Of a stretch of DNA of 53,851 nt, positions 50,045-53,851 are shown piece by piece. Source of the stretch: Psilocybe cubensis (Eukaryota); contig CM038999.1 of assembly GCA_017499595.2 (NCBI GenBank), positions 4,278,001 through 4,331,851 of the forward strand, in the 5' to 3' direction. The number at the start of each line of letters is the position of its first letter. The first letter of the stretch is position 1. The position numbers were made by a program, and so were the translations under genes. The notes below the pieces were generated by a model. That model was not told the origin of the DNA and did no database searches. It saw only the letters and a program-made list of their open reading frames with translations.

Positions 50045-51036
50045 GCCAGCGGCTCGTGATTTTTTACGGGCGTGGACCAGTGCAAGCAATGGGCGCTACC
50101 GTACAGGCAAACGATCACTACATACCGCTCATGACAAAAGAGCAGGCTATTGCCTATTAAGTCCTTTACCAAGGGACACTCTCATGCCATTGGACATGGC
50201 AGGCTAATACCCTTTAAGCCCTTTACCAAGGGGCGCCACATCAGCCATTACAGCCACAGGTTCATTTCCGGCGACGAACTATTTGTCCATCCTTGTGTTA
50301 ACTCCCTTTACTAAGGGGAGGCCGGGTCACCCGCGTTTTAAGCGGTTCTGGACTTCGGGCCGTCCTCGTAAGCAGCGAGGCGCGGTTTAGATACCAGATG
50401 TGGGTTTCCCCACTCCCAAGACTATATCTTAAGATCCGAAGACCCCACTACCACCTAGTCGTTGAACGCTTCCGTCGGCGTGACCGTTACGGATTCGCTG
50501 CTGATTATCCATTCCAGCTTTCGCTGAATCTTGGGGATTGTTACCATACCCGGTCGCCACCGGTGCCTAGGCTGTTTCCAGCGGTCGGCGGTACCCACAA
50601 GCTTTAGGACGTCCCAGCAATTCGGTAGTGTCGCCGGCTGCAACCGACTTGCCAGGAGCGTATCCAGCAGAGCTGGTCCTGACAACCCCCAGTGTACTCT
50701 CACCTGATGTCCATACCCATTGAAGAACTGCGCGCCCTCGAATTACAAAGTCATCATAGCTGGATATCCCCGCAGCTAGACTAAAACGAGTTTGTATGAC
50801 CTCCGTAACCCAACATAGAAGGCGTGAGCGAGTGAAAGAAAAAGGGCCCCGCTTGCCGTGAGGCAGCCAACATGTCGATGAAACGTCCCCGAGTCAAGGG
50901 CAAGATCAGTGACGAAAGGGCTCCCGGATGAGTTGGGAAGGCACAAGCGGCAGGAGTTTGGGAGAGGACGAGTACTTGAGGGCTGTTGGGGGATCCCAAC
51001 AACCAGCCCTTTCGTCTTTATAGACTCTTCAGTGGC
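50045..51036 (-). ncRNA. Hammerhead ribozyme split by the group I intron (halves 51036-50979 and 50049-50045)
   Basis: Removing 50050-50978 restores exactly GCCAG|AGGGCTG as in intact copies. Confidence 0.88.
50050..50978 (-). ncRNA. Group I intron (IC1-like), 929 nt, no homing endonuclease, inserted in the hammerhead core
   Basis: 5' exon ends in U and intron ends in G; IGS GGGGUUGU 50682-50689; P AAUUGCUGGGA 50612-50622; Q AAUCAGCAGC 50497-50506; R GUUCAACGACUAG 50455-50467; S AAGAUAUAGUC 50420-50430; P3 CACUACC/GGUAGUG; P8 UUCG and P9 GAAA loops. Confidence 0.93.
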
Positions 51037-51702
51037 TATTCTTAGAAGGAATGTTCTAGACATCCGATGACAGCGCGTGAAGTGATGCTGCGCAGCTGTC
51101 ATGTATCTTACCGACTATCACAAATCTGTCAATGTTTATTGTCAAGTTAGACAGGTCTCTGATGAACAGAGTGTCACGGGTCGATGTGGCACATGGTAAC
51201 CTGTCAAAAGTGGATCCAACACTTTTGTTCTTTGACATCGTGGGTTATTGACTGTGATGTGAATCACATGGATATAGATTACTCTGGTTACGTGGCTCCG
51301 AGTAACCGCGACATGGGAATATTCACATGTCTAGAGTATAAATAGCTTACCTGGGTCCTTACCTAACAATCAAACAATAGAATGATTGATTGTTGTGAAT
51401 CTTAATTGGACAGTTCATGATCCGGTCCATCAAAAATGTTTCCACGGTACTAAGGAACTTTTCCCGAAGTACTAAGTAACTTTTCCCATGTACTAAATTA
51501 GATCCGGCCCTTCACAATCACATGCCGTTCGGAAGTTCACACGCCTACCTTACTTCCTACTAAGGTTAGACTTAGTTAGCTTAGGGTTGGGGTTAGGTTA
51601 GGGTTTAGGGTTTAGGGTTTAGGGTTTAGGTTTAGCTATTTAATCCAAAGTGTTGCTTGTAAGTAGATGTTTGTTACTTTATAGCAAGGAATACTTACGG
51701 TT

Positions 51703-52631
51703 CGGCTCGTGATTTTTTACGGGCGTGGACCAGTGCAAGCAATGGGCGCTACCGTACAGGCAAACGATCACTACATACCGCTCATGACAAAAGAGCAGGC
51801 TATTGCCTATTAAGTCCTTTACCAAGGGACACTCTCATGCCATTGGACATGGCAGGCTAATACCCTTTAAGCCCTTTACCAAGGGGCGCCACATCAGCCA
51901 TTACAGCCACAGGTTCATTTCCGGCGACGAACTATTTGTCCATCCTTGTGTTAACTCCCTTTACTAAGGGGAGGCCGGGTCACCCGCGTTTTAAGCGGTT
52001 CTGGACTTCGGGCCGTCCTCGTAAGCAGCGAGGCGCGGTTTAGATACCAGATGTGGGTTTCCCCACTCCCAAGACTATATCTTAAGATCCGAAGACCCCA
52101 CTACCACCTAGTCGTTGAACGCTTCCGTCGGCGTGACCGTTACGGATTCGCTGCTGATTATCCATTCCAGCTTTCGCTGAATCTTGGGGATTGTTACCAT
52201 ACCCGGTCGCCACCGGTGCCTAGGCTGTTTCCAGCGGTCGGCGGTACCCACAAGCTTTAGGACGTCCCAGCAATTCGGTAGTGTCGCCGGCTGCAACCGA
52301 CTTGCCAGGAGCGTATCCAGCAGAGCTGGTCCTGACAACCCCCAGTGTACTCTCACCTGATGTCCATACCCATTGAAGAACTGCGCGCCCTCGAATTACA
52401 AAGTCATCATAGCTGGATATCCCCGCAGCTAGACTAAAACGAGTTTGTATGACCTCCGTAACCCAACATAGAAGGCGTGAGCGAGTGAAAGAAAAAGGGC
52501 CCCGCTTGCCGTGAGGCAGCCAACATGTCGATGAAACGTCCCCGAGTCAAGGGCAAGATCAGTGACGAAAGGGCTCCCGGATGAGTTGGGAAGGCACAAG
52601 CGGCAGGAGTTTGGGAGAGGACGAGTACTTG
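51703..52631 (-). ncRNA. Second full copy of the 929-nt group I intron, inserted at AAAACCCU|AACCG in the 3' UTR
   Basis: Appears identical to 50050-50978 (offset 1653); removal restores TTACGGTT|AGGGTTTTTT with no target duplication. Confidence 0.93.
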
Positions 52632-52865
52632 AGGGTTTTTTTTCCAATGCTTTACGCCTTACGCGCTAGTATTCTTTTCATCGGTTGTAAGATTTGGATA
52701 TTCTGCCGAATTCTGGATGTTCCCTCTCTTGTGAGATTGAACGTCTATGAAGTATTATCTCGTTATCACTTTCGATACTTATCTGTTCAGCAGCTTCAAC
52801 TTTTTCAGCGATGTTTAGGGTTTAGGGTTTAGGGTTTAGGGTTTAGGGTTTAGGGTTTAGGTTTA

Positions 52866-53654
52866 GGGGGGGAGCGAGCACCGAGCGAAGCGAGGTGCGA
52901 GCGACTAGTTTAAACTGGGAGTTAAATGGAAAGTAGCCAGAGGGCTGTTGGGGGATCCCAACAACCAGCCCTTTCGTCTTTATAGACTCTTCAGTGGCTA
53001 TTCTTAGAAGGAATGTTCTAGACATCCGATGACAGCGCGTGAAGTGATGCTGCGCAGCTGTCATGTATCTTACCGACTATCACAAATCTGTCAATGTTTA
53101 TTGTCAAGTTAGACAGGTCTCTGATGAACAGAGTGTCACGGGTCGATGTGGCACATGGTAACCTGTCAAAAGTGGATCCAACACTTTTGTTCTTTGACAT
53201 CGTGGGTTATTGACTGTGATGTGAATCACATGGATATAGATTACTCTGGTTACGTGGCTCCGAGTAACCGCGACATGGGAATATTCACATGTCTAGAGTA
53301 TAAATAGCTTACCTGGGTCCTTACCTAACAATCAAACAATAGAATGATTGATTGTTGTGAATCTTAATTGGACAGTTCATGATCCGGTCCATCAAAAATG
53401 TTTCCACGGTACTAAGGAACTTTTCCCGAAGTACTAAGTAACTTTTCCCATGTACTAAATTAGATCCGGCCCTTCACAATCACATGCCGTTCGGAAGTTC
53501 ACACGCCTACCTTACTTCCTACTAAGGTTAGACTTAGTTAGCTTAGGGTTGGGGTTAGGTTAGGGTTTAGGGTTTAGGGTTTAGGGTTTAGGTTTAGCTA
53601 TTTAATCCAAAGTGTTGCTTGTAAGTAGATGTTTGTTACTTTATAGCAAGGAAT
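52866..53654 (-). mobile_element. PLE unit 12, pLTR-only, most distal; hammerhead at 52936-52998
   Basis: pLTR truncated at GCAAGGAAT and capped by the terminal telomere. Confidence 0.93.
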
Positions 53655-53851
53655 TTTAGGGTTTAGGGTTTAGGGTTTTAGGGTTTAGGGTTTAGGGTTT
53701 AGGGTTTAGGGTTTAGGGTTTAGGGTTTAGGGTTTAGGGTTTAGGGTTTAGGGTTTAGGGTTTAGGGTTTAGGGTTTAGGGTTTAGGGTTTAGGGTTTAG
53801 GGTTTAGGGTTTAGGGTTTAGGGTTTAGGGTTTAGGGTTTAGGGTTTAGGG
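53655..53851 (+). repeat. Terminal telomeric tract (TTTAGGG)n, G-strand on +, chromosome end
   Basis: About 28 near-perfect TTTAGGG units run to the end of the window, with a few TTTTAGGG/TTTAGGGG variants. Confidence 0.97.

Larger units (their letters stand above)
45553..52815 (-). mobile_element. PLE unit 11: full-length ORF, second pLTR carrying two group I introns, and a short second ORF tail; intact hammerhead at 45626-45688
   Basis: pLTR, 1177-aa ORF, leader, pLTR with inserts at 50050-50978 and 51703-52631, ORF tail 52678-52815, telomere tract 52813-52868. Confidence 0.93.

Noticed and set aside
50050-50978. Insert as the element's promoter/5' UTR, a telomerase RNA, or a foreign RNA ligated at the hammerhead cut
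   Set aside because: The second insertion fixes the boundaries as C...G after CCCU, one nt upstream of the scissile bond. P/Q/R/S are present, and only a single 7-nt CUAAACC occurs, too short for a telomerase template.
50398-51102. Short ORFs (69-108 aa) in the intron as a homing endonuclease
   Set aside because: No His-Cys box, LAGLIDADG, GIY-YIG or HNH motifs; they overlap the ribozyme core or cross the splice site.

Overview
This is the right-hand end of a eukaryotic chromosome, probably a basidiomycete fungus, ending in (TTTAGGG)n at 53655-53851. Positions 25316-53654 hold a head-to-tail array of 10 units of a minus-strand, endonuclease-less Penelope-like retroelement (Coprina/Athena-type telomeric PLE), separated by short TTTAGGG tracts. 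Three units carry a full ~1177-aa RT ORF and the rest are 5'-truncated. Two further units form an older internalised 'former chromosome end' at 1457-6345. Each 3' terminal repeat (pLTR) contains a type I hammerhead ribozyme about 80 nt from a CCCUAAACCC telomere-annealing site. The most striking observation is a 929-nt ORF-less group I intron (IC1-like; P, Q, R, S, P1/IGS, P3, P7 and omega-G all readable) inside the retroelement. It is inserted between U16.1 and C17 of the hammerhead core (50050-50978; 3' fragment at 38799-38948) and again at a second AACCCU telomere-like site (51703-52631). Its enlarged L1 carries 12+7 nt antisense to the hammerhead core. The RT ORF also contains a 61-nt GC-AG intron that switches output between a ~365-aa basic ORF1 protein and the full RT, and a 54-nt GT-AG intron found precisely removed in one genomic copy. 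Positions 6346-25315 are repeat-rich, degenerate subtelomeric DNA with no gene I can identify.
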